Source: Bacteroidales bacterium (GTDB lineage: Bacteria > Bacteroidota > Bacteroidia > Bacteroidales > Marinilabiliaceae). From it: DNA of 64,000 nucleotides. Below the pieces are notes generated by a model. That model searched no databases. It saw nothing but the letters and a program-made list of their open reading frames with translations, and had not been told where the DNA came from. This document shows, piece after piece, positions 9,634 to 20,037 of this stretch. The first letter of the stretch is position 1. Every line of letters begins with the position of its first letter. The DNA lies in the NCBI GenBank assembly GCA_003249255.1, contig QKJP01000029.1, positions 94,499 through 158,498 on the forward strand, read 5' to 3'. The translations under genes were made by a program, and so were the position numbers.

Positions 9634-10413
9634 TTAAACTCTGAGCTCATTCCTTAATGCTTTGATATTAATTTCAGTGTTTTGTGGAAGAGGTATTGTT
9701 AGGTGTGATCTTCTGTAATGCATAGAACCATCATCATAAAACTTTTTTTCTTTTATGAATTTAAGGCATTTTGTGTTCTGCAAAGTGATTTCTTCAATAT
9801 CAATTAAGTAAAGCGAGTTATTTCTGTTTATGCTTGATCTGTAGGGGTAGTATCTTTCATTGATTGTAAGTCCGTTGAAGAAAATTTTGACAGCGTACCC
9901 TGGTTGGTGTAATTGATTTTTATAATCCTTTATGAATTCTCCCAAAGTAAAAGGAATCATAGGGATTGTATTGATAATAATCAGAGTTGAGCTAATGATA
10001 GATATAATCGGTTCTGCAACATTGTAAAGGATAAGCATGCATGCAATGATTGGAATCCATATTGCAGCGATTGTTAATGCGTATAGAGTCGTTTTTTTGC
10101 GATATTCCTTTGCTTTTGCTTTCTCCCAATAAAACTTGTGGTATGACCAGTGATAAAGCGGAATTGTTTCATGTAATTCCGGTGTGTTATTTATTCTTGT
10201 ATTCAGGATAGCTTGATAAATAAAGAGGATATATGCAAGTGGACTTATGATGAAAACAAAAAGAAAAGTTGGCTCATACTTGTTTCTAAATTCTTCAAGG
10301 CCATTATCAGGTACAAAAAGAATGATTAATGTGAAAAGAAATAATAACTTGGATAAAATGAAAAAGACAGGTAGAAGAGCGATGTAAACCTTGGGCTTTC
10401 TTAAATTAGTCAT
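9634..10413 (-). CDS. hypothetical polytopic membrane protein
   Basis: 259 aa with multiple hydrophobic helices. It overlaps the upstream gene by 8 nt, suggesting an operon. Confidence 0.45.
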   Translation of the reverse strand: MTNLRKPKVYIALLPVFFILSKLLFLFTLIILFVPDNGLEEFRNKYEPTFLFVFIISPLAYILFIYQAILNTRINNTPELHETIPLYHWSYHKFYWEKAKAKEYRKKTTLYALTIAAIWIPIIACMLILYNVAEPIISIISSTLIIINTIPMIPFTLGEFIKDYKNQLHQPGYAVKIFFNGLTINERYYPYRSSINRNNSLYLIDIEEITLQNTKCLKFIKEKKFYDDGSMHYRRSHLTIPLPQNTEINIKALRNELRV

Positions 10414-11299
10414 TTTTGTTAGGGGAGTTAGTCAGATTATTTGATATGGTGATTTTATAAAGAGCTTGTTTCCCTACTTCATTTTCCTCATTGGAAATTA
10501 AAATAGATTCTCCATCGTAGAAAATACTTTCGGTTTGAAGGCCTCTTAATTCCGGAAGTTTTGCTAAAGTGTAAATTTGTTTTCTTGGTTTAGAAAAGTG
10601 ATCAATGGTGACGATAAATGGAAAGAAAACCATGTTTATACTTTTATACCCAATTAAAAATAATTTATCCTCCACTGAGGAGTAATCAGCTCCTGTAATT
10701 AAGCCATTAATAGGAATAGTTCTGATTTTTTTTGCAACTCCAAATTTGTTGATCTTGTATTGGTTTGAATTATTTGACAACCAGTTTTTCGAAAAAAGAA
10801 TCATTTCGTTGTTGACGACTGCAAGTGCTTCGCAATCAAAATCATGAGAATAGGGGACTAGTATTTTCGGCTGGTTTTGATAACGGTATTTTAATTCGAT
10901 GGGGGTTACAGAGCTGGTATTTTGGATTAAATCATTTTTGTAAATGACATAGATGCTGTATGAAGATCGGTTGCCGTAATTATTACCGGTGTCTGAAATG
11001 TAAATGAAATCTTCATCCTGAGCTAAATCTTCCCAGTCAATATTTTTAGCATTGTTAATTTTTAGAGTTTTTAATACTCCTCCTGTCGAATCGCTTATTT
11101 GATAGATTTCATTTGGTTTATCGCTGTCGTTTATTGTCCAAAGGGTATTGTTGAATTTTATTAATCCTGATGTTTCGTTTACCGTATTATCCAGGTGAGT
11201 GATTAATTCGGCCTTAGCCGTTGCATGTACAAATTCAATTGGACGCTCTTTGCAAGCCACAACGATCAAGATCAGACCTATGAGATGAACGTATTTCAC
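10406..11299 (-). CDS. hypothetical lipoprotein (likely beta-propeller)
   Basis: Lipoprotein signal peptide with Cys (LILIVVACKE); 297 aa. Confidence 0.5.
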   Translation of the reverse strand: MKYVHLIGLILIVVACKERPIEFVHATAKAELITHLDNTVNETSGLIKFNNTLWTINDSDKPNEIYQISDSTGGVLKTLKINNAKNIDWEDLAQDEDFIYISDTGNNYGNRSSYSIYVIYKNDLIQNTSSVTPIELKYRYQNQPKILVPYSHDFDCEALAVVNNEMILFSKNWLSNNSNQYKINKFGVAKKIRTIPINGLITGADYSSVEDKLFLIGYKSINMVFFPFIVTIDHFSKPRKQIYTLAKLPELRGLQTESIFYDGESILISNEENEVGKQALYKITISNNLTNSPNKND

Positions 11300-11306
11300 A
11301 ACACAC

Positions 11307-12638
11307 TTATTTGATGATGCTTTTCTTTTTCCATCGACCTAATTTATAATATATATATGAGCCTATCAACCCCATGGACCAACCTATAGGGATGGCCCAC
11401 CAGATTCCGTTTACTCCAAATTTTGACGACAGGTAAGTGGCAAAAGGGATACGAACGATCCATAGCGAAATTAGAGTGATGAACATTGGGATAAGTGTGT
11501 CCCCCGCACCTCTTAGTACGCCGTGGGTAATAAACATGGTGCTAAATACCAAATAAAAAGAGCTCACAATTACCAGGTAGTTGCTGCCATGTTTTAATAC
11601 TTCAGGATCTTGATTAAAGGCAGAGATAATTTCTTCTCCAAAAAGAAAAACTGCCAACATAACAGTTAGTGATATACTCCATGCCATCACTAGTGTTGCT
11701 CTAAAACCTCTTTTGATGCGGTCAATTTTGTTGGCCCCCAGGTTTTGTCCTACAAAAGCAGAGAGAGCACTGGCTAAATTTAATGCCGGCATTGCAGCTA
11801 ATGAGTCAATTCTACTGGCAATGGTAAAGGCTGCTAAAACGTTTGTGTCAAAGTTGTTTACAATCCTGATAAGCGCCATAATACCTAAGGCTACAAAAGT
11901 TTGCTGAAATCCTGTAGGTAATCCTATTTTGATGCTTTGTAGGAAGAGTTCTTGGTTAAACTTTAAGGTGTTGGGCTTGAAAGAAATAAGCTGGTGTCGA
12001 TGCGTCAGGTATATTGCGCCCGCTAAAAATGCGCATCCCTGAGCAATGATAGTGGCATAAGCCGCCCCTTCTACGCCCCATTTAAATACTACAATAAATA
12101 GGAGGTCTAAGCCAATGTTGAGGAGGGTTGATATGATTAAAAACCACAGCGGAGTCATCGAATCTCCCAAGCCTCTTAAAACAGAAGAAGTACCATTAAA
12201 ACCAAAAAAAGCAATCATCCCTAACATGTACACATTGAAGTAGGATGTTGCCATCGGAATAACGTGCTTTTCTACATGAAGTAGGGTGAAAATTTCTTCA
12301 CTAAACAAAATTCCTATAAGTGTAATAACTATTGATGCAAAGAATAAAAAGATGAACATGGTATCGATCGTCTTTTTAACTTTATCTTCATTTTTGGCTC
12401 CAAAGTATTGGCTGATAACAATGGTTCCTCCACTGCCTATTCCAATCACAAAAGCAATGAGGGTGTAAAAGATGGGAAAGGATGCCCCAATAGCAGCTAA
12501 GGCTTCTTTGCCAAGGTAATTTCCCACAATGATACTATCAACCACGTGATAGAGCTGTTGCAACAGATTACCAAATACCATGGGTAATGCAAAGTTGAAT
12601 ATCAGTTTGGCTTCATTCCCCTGGGTTAAATCCTTCAT
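11307..12638 (-). CDS. MATE-family efflux transporter
   Basis: 443 aa with 12 predicted TM segments. The N-terminus FALPMVFGNLLQQLYHVVDSIIVG is a hallmark of MATE/NorM. Confidence 0.8.
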   Translation of the reverse strand: MKDLTQGNEAKLIFNFALPMVFGNLLQQLYHVVDSIIVGNYLGKEALAAIGASFPIFYTLIAFVIGIGSGGTIVISQYFGAKNEDKVKKTIDTMFIFLFFASIVITLIGILFSEEIFTLLHVEKHVIPMATSYFNVYMLGMIAFFGFNGTSSVLRGLGDSMTPLWFLIISTLLNIGLDLLFIVVFKWGVEGAAYATIIAQGCAFLAGAIYLTHRHQLISFKPNTLKFNQELFLQSIKIGLPTGFQQTFVALGIMALIRIVNNFDTNVLAAFTIASRIDSLAAMPALNLASALSAFVGQNLGANKIDRIKRGFRATLVMAWSISLTVMLAVFLFGEEIISAFNQDPEVLKHGSNYLVIVSSFYLVFSTMFITHGVLRGAGDTLIPMFITLISLWIVRIPFATYLSSKFGVNGIWWAIPIGWSMGLIGSYIYYKLGRWKKKSIIK

Positions 12639-12938
12639 TTATGACTTTGATTATCGACTTTGAATAATAGGTAAGCTTGCAAAATGAAAGGTGAATCGTT
12701 TTGGAAGCCGCCACAAAGCAAATCAATTTATCCTTAAAATAAAAGCAAAGACAAGGTGGAATTCATATAGGGGTAAATTGCTTTTTATTTTAGGGATAAA
12801 TTCGTTGACGACCGAAAAAGTGATTAGTGAGTGAAACATATTTAATTTATTACGTACATCTTTACAACAATTATGGTTTGGAGAGGTCTTGTCTCGATGA
12901 GTTTCCTTATGTCAAGAAAATAAAGTGTTTTAGGAAGA

Positions 12939-14339
12939 ATGGTGTGTCGAACATTCAAGTTGTGTAGTTTAATTCTGATTTTGTGGCAATTTTCATGTTT
13001 TACTAGTCTTGCCGGTGTAAAGATTAGCGAATATGGTCATGTCAATGTGTTTCCGGATAATGTTTACAAGTATCAAGTTGGTAATTTAAATGTTAAAGAT
13101 GTGCATTTCCCATTTATTGAAGTGTGCAGATCTGTTTTTAGTACCTCCAAAACACGTAAAGATTTGTATTACCTATTTATTAAACCGCGTAATTATTCAG
13201 TCTTAAAACTTGATCTTTTATATCAAACACCGGAGTATTCCGCGATTTTTTATGAACCAATCAATTGGTCTAAGAAGAATCTCGACAAGTATCAGACTCT
13301 GATGAGCTCCCGAAAATTCTCTCAGAAGTTCAATCAAATTTTTACTGTTGTTGATCCAATTCGAACCGCTCAACGAAAGTTTGTGTTTTATTCTCCGGAA
13401 TTTGTTGTGAATTCATGGGATTCAGTACCCGATGCTCCGGATATTACCCGTAGAGGTTTTTTACGAAAAAAGTCGGCTCATGAAGATTTGGCTAAACAAT
13501 TGAGTAAGTTGTCATTCGAAACGAATCCTACCTTATCCAAATACCAGGAAGTAAAATCTCCCTGGACTTTGGATGGTACTGAACACATCCAGATGTCCCA
13601 GTTGCTTTTGGATAATTGGGCTGTAGGCGGAGAAAGTAGTGTTGCCTTGAGTAGTGATTTGCGTTTAAAGTTGAAATACAACAGATACTTATACGCTTGG
13701 GAAACTTACGTTATTCATAAGCTTGGTGTAATGCGGACAGACGAGGAGCCAAACAAGGTTAATGATGACATGTTTGAGTTTAATACCAAGCTTGGTCGTA
13801 AAGCTTTTGAGGATTGGTTTTATAGCTTTCTCTATAATTTTAAGTCTCAGTTGTTTTATGGGTATGCCAAGGATGATAAAGAACATGATGATCCGGTGTC
13901 GGCTTTTATGTCTCCCGGGTACATGACATTTGCATTGGGTTTGGATTACAAAAAAGGGAAAGATTTTACCTTATTAGTTTCTCCGCTTACATCCAAGCTT
14001 ACGATAGTTGCAGATACGGCAGAGGTTGATGTTTCTAAATATAATATTCCGGAAGGTAAAAAAGTAGATGTGTTGCACGGGATGTCCCTGGTGAATAATT
14101 TTAGTTATGTTATCAATCACCAAATGAAAATAAGTTCTAAGTTGGATGCGTTTTATCAATTGTTTCACACCGGAGCTTCAATGCGGCAGATTCAGATCGA
14201 GTGGGAGATGATTTTCGAGATGAAGATCAATCAGTTTTTTACCACACGTATTTTAGGACATTTACGATACTATACCAATGAGTCTTTACATGTACAAACA
14301 CGAGAGAACTTTAATATTGCCTTTAACTACAATTTTTAG
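12939..14339 (+). CDS. hypothetical secreted/outer-membrane protein
   Basis: 466 aa with an N-terminal signal peptide. The C-terminal alternating-hydrophobic pattern ending ...FNYNF suggests an outer-membrane beta-barrel. Confidence 0.5.
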   Translation: MVCRTFKLCSLILILWQFSCFTSLAGVKISEYGHVNVFPDNVYKYQVGNLNVKDVHFPFIEVCRSVFSTSKTRKDLYYLFIKPRNYSVLKLDLLYQTPEYSAIFYEPINWSKKNLDKYQTLMSSRKFSQKFNQIFTVVDPIRTAQRKFVFYSPEFVVNSWDSVPDAPDITRRGFLRKKSAHEDLAKQLSKLSFETNPTLSKYQEVKSPWTLDGTEHIQMSQLLLDNWAVGGESSVALSSDLRLKLKYNRYLYAWETYVIHKLGVMRTDEEPNKVNDDMFEFNTKLGRKAFEDWFYSFLYNFKSQLFYGYAKDDKEHDDPVSAFMSPGYMTFALGLDYKKGKDFTLLVSPLTSKLTIVADTAEVDVSKYNIPEGKKVDVLHGMSLVNNFSYVINHQMKISSKLDAFYQLFHTGASMRQIQIEWEMIFEMKINQFFTTRILGHLRYYTNESLHVQTRENFNIAFNYNF

Positions 14340-14835
14340 CCGTTAATCAAAAAAAAATGAACGTTCGTGTAAAATATTTTGATTTTTATGGCGAAAAAAT
14401 TTGGAGGGTATTAAAAAAGGTTATACTTTTGCTGAAGTAAAAACAAAGAACATTGAAATAAAAAATCAAAGCGTTCATCAAAAGTAACAAGGAAGTTATA
14501 AGAGCAATTTGATAATAAGATATTGAGTAAGTTTTCTCATAGTTTAGGGTTAGGTTTGGTTAAAAGTGGAAAGTCGTTTCGGAATTTATTCTGAAGCGAC
14601 TTTCTTTTTTGTTAAGTTTGAAATGTTAATATTAATCAATTTATTGTTAATATCGTTAATTTTCTCGTCCTCTTTTTTCATGGTAAATAAAAAGTACCGA
14701 TTCCTCTGTCTGAAATAGTAGAGTTAACGAATTTTCGAATGACTCGTCGAAAGGAAAATGCATTTGATCATAAAATGCTGCATATGCAGATTTGAAGCCT
14801 TGATTTCATAGGCTTTAAGGGGTATATTTATAAAG

Positions 14836-17316
14836 TTGTTTAATGACGTAGATATGCCTTTGAGAGCTTATATAAAGTATCTTAAAATATTACTGCTACT
14901 TATCTTTAGTTTTCTTTTTTGTATTTCTTGCCAAAAGAAACAAGAAGAAATTAAGATCGGTTTTTCTGCACCAAATATAGATGCCGGGTGGAGCGAATTA
15001 TTGTATCAGGAAATGGAGCAAGAACTACAGCTTTACATTGATGATAATATTCGCTTAATAACGAAATGTTCCGGAAATGATGTTCAAAAACAACGGCAGG
15101 ATATACTCGATCTGTTTGATCAAGATGAAGTTGATGTTTTGATCGTATATTCATTCGATAATGAGGTAGTTGTGCCTGTTTTAGAGGAAGTTTATGATAA
15201 AGGATTGCCAATAATTACCTTAGACCGAAAAATTGATACAGACAAATATACTTGCCGGATTGGGTTTTCAAATTATGATTTTGGGCAACAGGTTGCCCGC
15301 TATGCCAATAACCAATTAAAAGATACCATACAGGTCATCGAAATCTTAGGAGAAGCCGGTATGTTGGCTACGGTTTATCGGTCACAAGGTTTTAGAGATG
15401 TTGTAAATTCAAATCCCAGATTTAAAATTATTGACCAGTTTTATGGTGGTTGGGTAGATGGTGTTGTAAAGTATAAATTAGACAGTATTCTATCGTCAGG
15501 TAAGCATCCCGATTTAATTTTTGCCCATAATGATATAATGGCTTACGCTGCAAAGCAGGTTTGTGAGCGTTATTCAATTAATCCTTTTATCATTGGAATT
15601 GATGGTTTGGCCTATCCTGGAGGAGGATTGGAGATGGTGTATAATTCAGGTATTGATGCAACTTTTTACAATCGTCCCGGAGGTGATTTGTGCATTAATA
15701 CTGCTGTACGTATCATAAAGGGTGAAGAGGTGGAGAAAGATGTGTTGATGAAAACCTTTCCAATTGATAAAAATAATGTAGAAGGATTGCGCTATGGCTT
15801 TAAGTTTATTAAACAGCAACGTGAGAAGTTTTCAAATTTATACGGTAAGGTAAGTTCTTTGCAGGAGCGGATATTTTATCAGCGCTTAACCACCTATCTG
15901 ATTTTAGTTTTAGCATTAATTGTTGCTGTGTTTGCCGGGATTGCTTTTTATTTTTTAAAACAAAAGCAACGCTATATAAAAGTTATTCACGATAAGAATG
16001 AGGATATCGAAAATAAAATTGAAGAAGAAAAAGCTTTGTCTGAAGATCTGGCGAGAGCCAATAAGGAGCTAAGAAGGAAACAAGATGAGGTGGGGAGACA
16101 AAATAAAGCATTGATAAAATACCACGAGAACCTTGAGGTAACCGTTAGAGAACGAACGAGAGAATTATCAGTTGCTTTAGAAAAAGCCAATGAGTCGGAT
16201 AAGTTAAAAGAATCTTTTATCCAAAATCTATCCCATGAATTAAGAACTCCAATTAATGCCATTATGGGATTTAGTCCATTTTTGTTTAATTCTGAATTTA
16301 CCGAAGAAGAGCGTCGGGGATTTCAAAAACTGATTGAAAATGCAAGTGAAGAACTATTGCACATAATGGAGAATATATTAGAAATATCCTTGATTTCTTC
16401 CGATCAATATAAAATCACGACTTCAAATTTTAATGTGTTACAGTTCATAAATTCCTTTTACAAGCACGTGATGCAAAAGTATGGAACGCTTTTAAACAAT
16501 GGAAAAAAGAACATCGAAGTCATATTAAATCCATGTCCCAATGCTTATGTTGAAACCGATAAAGCAAAGATTCAACAGGTGCTTGAACAGTTACTTGATA
16601 ATGCTATTAAGTTTACAGAAAAAGGCAAGGTTGAAGTGGGAGTAGAAAGAATGGCAGGCAAAGATACTTTGTTGTTTTATGTGATGGATACGGGGATTGG
16701 AATAGATAGGGTTTATTTTGATATAATATTTGAGCGGTTTCGAAAGATTGAGGATGATCAACGCATTTTACATAGAGGTAATGGCTTAGGTTTAGCCATA
16801 TGTAAAAATGTGATTAAAAAATTAGGAGGAGATATTTGGTTGGAATCAGAACGTGGTCTTGGATCTATATTTTATTTTACAATAAATGTAGGTCAAATAA
16901 GCTTAGATCAAGATGTTGATTTAAATGGGAATGGAAAATCGAGTTTGTCAGGTTGTCAAGTATTAGTAGCTGAAGATGAAGCTTATAATTATTTATTCCT
17001 TAAGGCTGTATTGTCAAAACAAGGCGTGCATACAATTTGGGCGAAGGATGGGCGAGAAGCTGTACAAAAATGTTTAGAGCATAAAAATTTTGATTTGGTT
17101 TTGATGGATATTGAAATGCCTCATTTAGATGGAGAAAGCGCTTTTAAAAAAATTAGAATGATGAAGCCTACCTTGCCTGTCATTGCCTTAACTGCTTTTA
17201 ATCATGAGAAAGATAAAGCGTATTTTCTAAATCTGGGGTTTAATGATTATTTATCAAAGCCTGTAAAATCAGCAACATTGATCGATTCAATTATTTCCAC
17301 CTTAGTTACGCAATAA
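14836..17316 (+). CDS. hybrid sensor histidine kinase/response regulator with N-terminal periplasmic sugar-binding (PBP1-like) domain
   Basis: Signal/TM, PBP-like region and a second TM (~aa 350), then a coiled coil. HisKA H-box SHELRTPINAIMGF, HATPase_c (GIGIDRV...GNGLGLAI), and a C-terminal REC domain (VLVAEDE...LMDIEMPHLDG). Confidence 0.8.
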   Translation: MFNDVDMPLRAYIKYLKILLLLIFSFLFCISCQKKQEEIKIGFSAPNIDAGWSELLYQEMEQELQLYIDDNIRLITKCSGNDVQKQRQDILDLFDQDEVDVLIVYSFDNEVVVPVLEEVYDKGLPIITLDRKIDTDKYTCRIGFSNYDFGQQVARYANNQLKDTIQVIEILGEAGMLATVYRSQGFRDVVNSNPRFKIIDQFYGGWVDGVVKYKLDSILSSGKHPDLIFAHNDIMAYAAKQVCERYSINPFIIGIDGLAYPGGGLEMVYNSGIDATFYNRPGGDLCINTAVRIIKGEEVEKDVLMKTFPIDKNNVEGLRYGFKFIKQQREKFSNLYGKVSSLQERIFYQRLTTYLILVLALIVAVFAGIAFYFLKQKQRYIKVIHDKNEDIENKIEEEKALSEDLARANKELRRKQDEVGRQNKALIKYHENLEVTVRERTRELSVALEKANESDKLKESFIQNLSHELRTPINAIMGFSPFLFNSEFTEEERRGFQKLIENASEELLHIMENILEISLISSDQYKITTSNFNVLQFINSFYKHVMQKYGTLLNNGKKNIEVILNPCPNAYVETDKAKIQQVLEQLLDNAIKFTEKGKVEVGVERMAGKDTLLFYVMDTGIGIDRVYFDIIFERFRKIEDDQRILHRGNGLGLAICKNVIKKLGGDIWLESERGLGSIFYFTINVGQISLDQDVDLNGNGKSSLSGCQVLVAEDEAYNYLFLKAVLSKQGVHTIWAKDGREAVQKCLEHKNFDLVLMDIEMPHLDGESAFKKIRMMKPTLPVIALTAFNHEKDKAYFLNLGFNDYLSKPVKSATLIDSIISTLVTQ

Positions 17317-17416
17317 TACTGAAGGTGTTTGATGTAACACCCAACCTGAGTAAGGCGTATATCCCGAAAATGGTTTAAGGAGAATGGAACTTATCTTATT
17401 TAAAAATAAAAGTTAG

Positions 17417-17590
17417 ATGCAAGTTAAGTGTGAAAAGTGTTATGAAAGTTTTAATAAAGAAGATTTGCAAAGAAGTTGTTCAAATTGTTTTTGCTGTACA
17501 TCTTGTGAAATATATATATGTCCAATGTGCGGAAAGGAGATAGCCGTGAAAGCTCCCGGTAGTGTTATTCGGACTCGGTATGCTCAATAG
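17417..17590 (+). CDS. putative small Cys-rich zinc-ribbon protein (57 aa)
   Basis: Intergenic ORF MQVKCEKCYESFNKEDLQRSCSNCFCCTSCEIYICPMCGKEI... with 11 Cys in CxxC pairs. It falls below the 60-aa ORF-track cutoff. Confidence 0.3.
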   Translation: MQVKCEKCYESFNKEDLQRSCSNCFCCTSCEIYICPMCGKEIAVKAPGSVIRTRYAQ

Positions 17591-17674
17591 TTTTATTTAT
17601 AACTCTTTACATTGAGTATTAATGTTTATAATTTCCATAGATGAAAGAGTATTGTTTAATGAAAAGGAAGAGCT

Positions 17675-18508
17675 ATGAAGAAAGTCTTTTTAATTGTTGG
17701 CGTTATTGTTACAGGATCCTTCTTTGTGGGGTGTGATAAAAAAGAAACCATTGATGAAGTAAAAAATGACATTACTAGCACTTCAGATGCCGTTGCAGCT
17801 TTGCAAGAGTATGTTGAAGTAAACCGAATCTTTCAGGGCGTGTCGAATAGTGCAGAGGAGTCAGTTATTGAAGTTGGTCTGGAATTAGATGAGCTCAAGT
17901 CTTTTAACCTCGCTCCAACTGTTAATATTGAGCCACGAGATTTGCTTACCTGGCCTAAAACGATTACCGTGGACTTTGGATCTGAAGGGATTGAGGGAAA
18001 AGATGGGGTGCTGAGAAAGGGTGTATTAATTGTAAATTCCACCGGACGATATGTTACCGAGGGAAGTGTACATACAACTACTTTTGAGGATTATTATCAA
18101 AATGGTCATAAAATCGCCGGAACGCATATTACAACAAACGGAGGAGTGATGGATAATCTTTTAACCTTTAATGTTAAAGTGAATGATGGCAAGGTGACTA
18201 AACTCAATGGTGATGTGATTCGTTATACTCAAAACACAAGTAGAACTTGGATTACAGGAGATGAGACGCCCTTAAATATTTGGGATGATGAATATGAAAT
18301 GAGTGGAATTCAAACCGGGGTTAGTTCAAAAGGCGTAAATTACAAACTAGAAATAATCAAACCTTTACATTTTGTAGTGCTCACCAGAGAGATTAAAAGT
18401 GGACAATTAAAGGTTATGATTGATGGTATGCAGGATATTACCATTGATTACGAAGCAAGAATTTTATATGTGGCCGGAATGAAATTTCCATTAGGGGCTG
18501 AAAGTTAA
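17675..18508 (+). CDS. hypothetical lipoprotein
   Basis: Lipobox VTGSFFVGC; 277 aa. Confidence 0.5.
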   Translation: MKKVFLIVGVIVTGSFFVGCDKKETIDEVKNDITSTSDAVAALQEYVEVNRIFQGVSNSAEESVIEVGLELDELKSFNLAPTVNIEPRDLLTWPKTITVDFGSEGIEGKDGVLRKGVLIVNSTGRYVTEGSVHTTTFEDYYQNGHKIAGTHITTNGGVMDNLLTFNVKVNDGKVTKLNGDVIRYTQNTSRTWITGDETPLNIWDDEYEMSGIQTGVSSKGVNYKLEIIKPLHFVVLTREIKSGQLKVMIDGMQDITIDYEARILYVAGMKFPLGAES

Positions 18509-18523
18509 TCGGAAAAACAAAAA

Positions 18524-18557
18524 AAAGGCTGTGGTTTTATGACAGCCTTTTCTTTTT
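18524..18557 (+). terminator. rho-independent terminator
   Basis: AAAAGGCTGT-loop-ACAGCCTTTTCTTTTT directly after the 17675..18508 ORF. Confidence 0.65.
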
Positions 18558-18823
18558 ATCATGTAATTCCATTTTTACGCATAAATGTATTAACACTAAA
18601 GCACAAAAGCGCACAGTTTATAAGGAGTAAACAAAAATACTCTGTGTCTCCGCCAGCACCTGGCAAGTCTGCGACTCTGTTTGATAATTTTTTGATGTTA
18701 AATCAATAGTTTTTCATGATGCATAATTGAGAATGTTCAGCTTTTTATTCTCAGGATTTAATGGATCATGTTCGATGTTAGGATAATATCAATTCAAAGA
18801 AATTGAATGTTGTAATATCTTGC

Positions 18824-19558
18824 TTAATGTACAGAAGAATTAACTTCTCTTTTGACAGATGTTCTTATTCTCTTTTTAATTGTTGTATTGGTTGAAGACA
18901 CAAGGGCCTGTATTTGATTATAAATCCCATTGTATTCTTCCGGTTGCGCCTGACTCATGGTTTTGATATAAATAAAGAGTTCTTTATTTAATTGCTCTTT
19001 AATGATTTCGCTTAACTTGGTAGCAGGTAGTTCTGCATCAAATTCAATATCTTGCGAAAAACACTCACCATATGTTAAATCAAAATTTCGCTGGGCTAAA
19101 CTTAGGTTGTCGATAAGGATATGGAATCCTGGTAAATAAGAGGCGGCTTCCATGATGTGATCATTCTTTAAATCTTGAAGGAGTGTCTTTATGTTTGAGC
19201 TTTCCATGTGATACGGCAGTTGTAGGATGTCAACTCCGTAGTTATCTAATAACTCCTTTACCGTATACGCAGCCTTGCAGATTTGATCATCCGGCCAATG
19301 GATTTTGGATTTAACTTCGTAAAATAAGGCTCTTAAAGCATTTCCTCTTTCTTCATCACATTCTATTAGAGAAGTGCATTTCAACGAGCTTTTAGTAGCC
19401 TTTGTTAAGCGCCTTCTATAAGTTTCTATTTTTGATTTTTGTAAAGTTAGAAATGAATCAGGAAGTTCATCTTGCCAGGACTCTAATATTTTTAAAATGG
19501 TTTTGGAAACAGAGTTGATTTCCTTTACCGAACAGTTTGAGTTTATTTTTGGCGTCAT
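18824..19558 (-). CDS. hypothetical protein
   Basis: 244-aa ORF with no recognisable domain. Confidence 0.4.
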   Translation of the reverse strand: MTPKINSNCSVKEINSVSKTILKILESWQDELPDSFLTLQKSKIETYRRRLTKATKSSLKCTSLIECDEERGNALRALFYEVKSKIHWPDDQICKAAYTVKELLDNYGVDILQLPYHMESSNIKTLLQDLKNDHIMEAASYLPGFHILIDNLSLAQRNFDLTYGECFSQDIEFDAELPATKLSEIIKEQLNKELFIYIKTMSQAQPEEYNGIYNQIQALVSSTNTTIKKRIRTSVKREVNSSVH

Positions 19559-19846
19559 AGTGTAGGTTTTCGGTTTGGTGTTTTCAGAAATTGAAAATAA
19601 TTATTGTGTTTACATAATGAAAATCTTTCGCCAATTGCTTGATGATTGGGTGGTTATTTATGGTGAGTGTACTGAAATTTGATGTGAGTGATGTTGATGT
19701 AATTACAATAATGGTGATATTTTCGTCATGAAGTTGTGCAATTGTGTGGTTATTAAGGTAAAAGCCGTTGTGAGATTGGCTTAGTAACCATTTTTTTATT
19801 GTCGTTTGGGTTAAAATATCCTCATGTGTCTGAAAATATTAAAAAT

Positions 19847-20018
19847 CATCAAAATCAGGGAAATCGCTTATAAGACAAGATTAACAGGATTTACAAGGTT
19901 TTTAAAAAAAAAATCATAGCTGTAATCATGTTAATCAGGTAAATCCTGTCAAAAAAAACATGTGGTTAAACACTGTTTCCTACAAGAAATCTTAAAAGCG
20001 AATCCCTGTCATCAAAAT
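19847..20018. mobile_element. Family-2 MITE-like element, diverged copy C (element ~19856..20009, TSD CATCAAAAT)
   Basis: Termini CAGGGAAATCGC...GCGAATCCCTG match the family-2 TIRs. An internal nested inverted repeat AACAGGATTTAC/GTAAATCCTGT is present, and a perfect 9-bp direct repeat CATCAAAAT flanks the element. Confidence 0.45.
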
Positions 20019-20037
20019 GAAGAAGGTTGTCATTTTT

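Noticed and set aside
14340-14365. GAACGTTC palindrome after the 12939..14339 gene as a terminator
   Set aside because: The stem is only 4 bp and is not followed by a T-run, so it is not a convincing intrinsic terminator.
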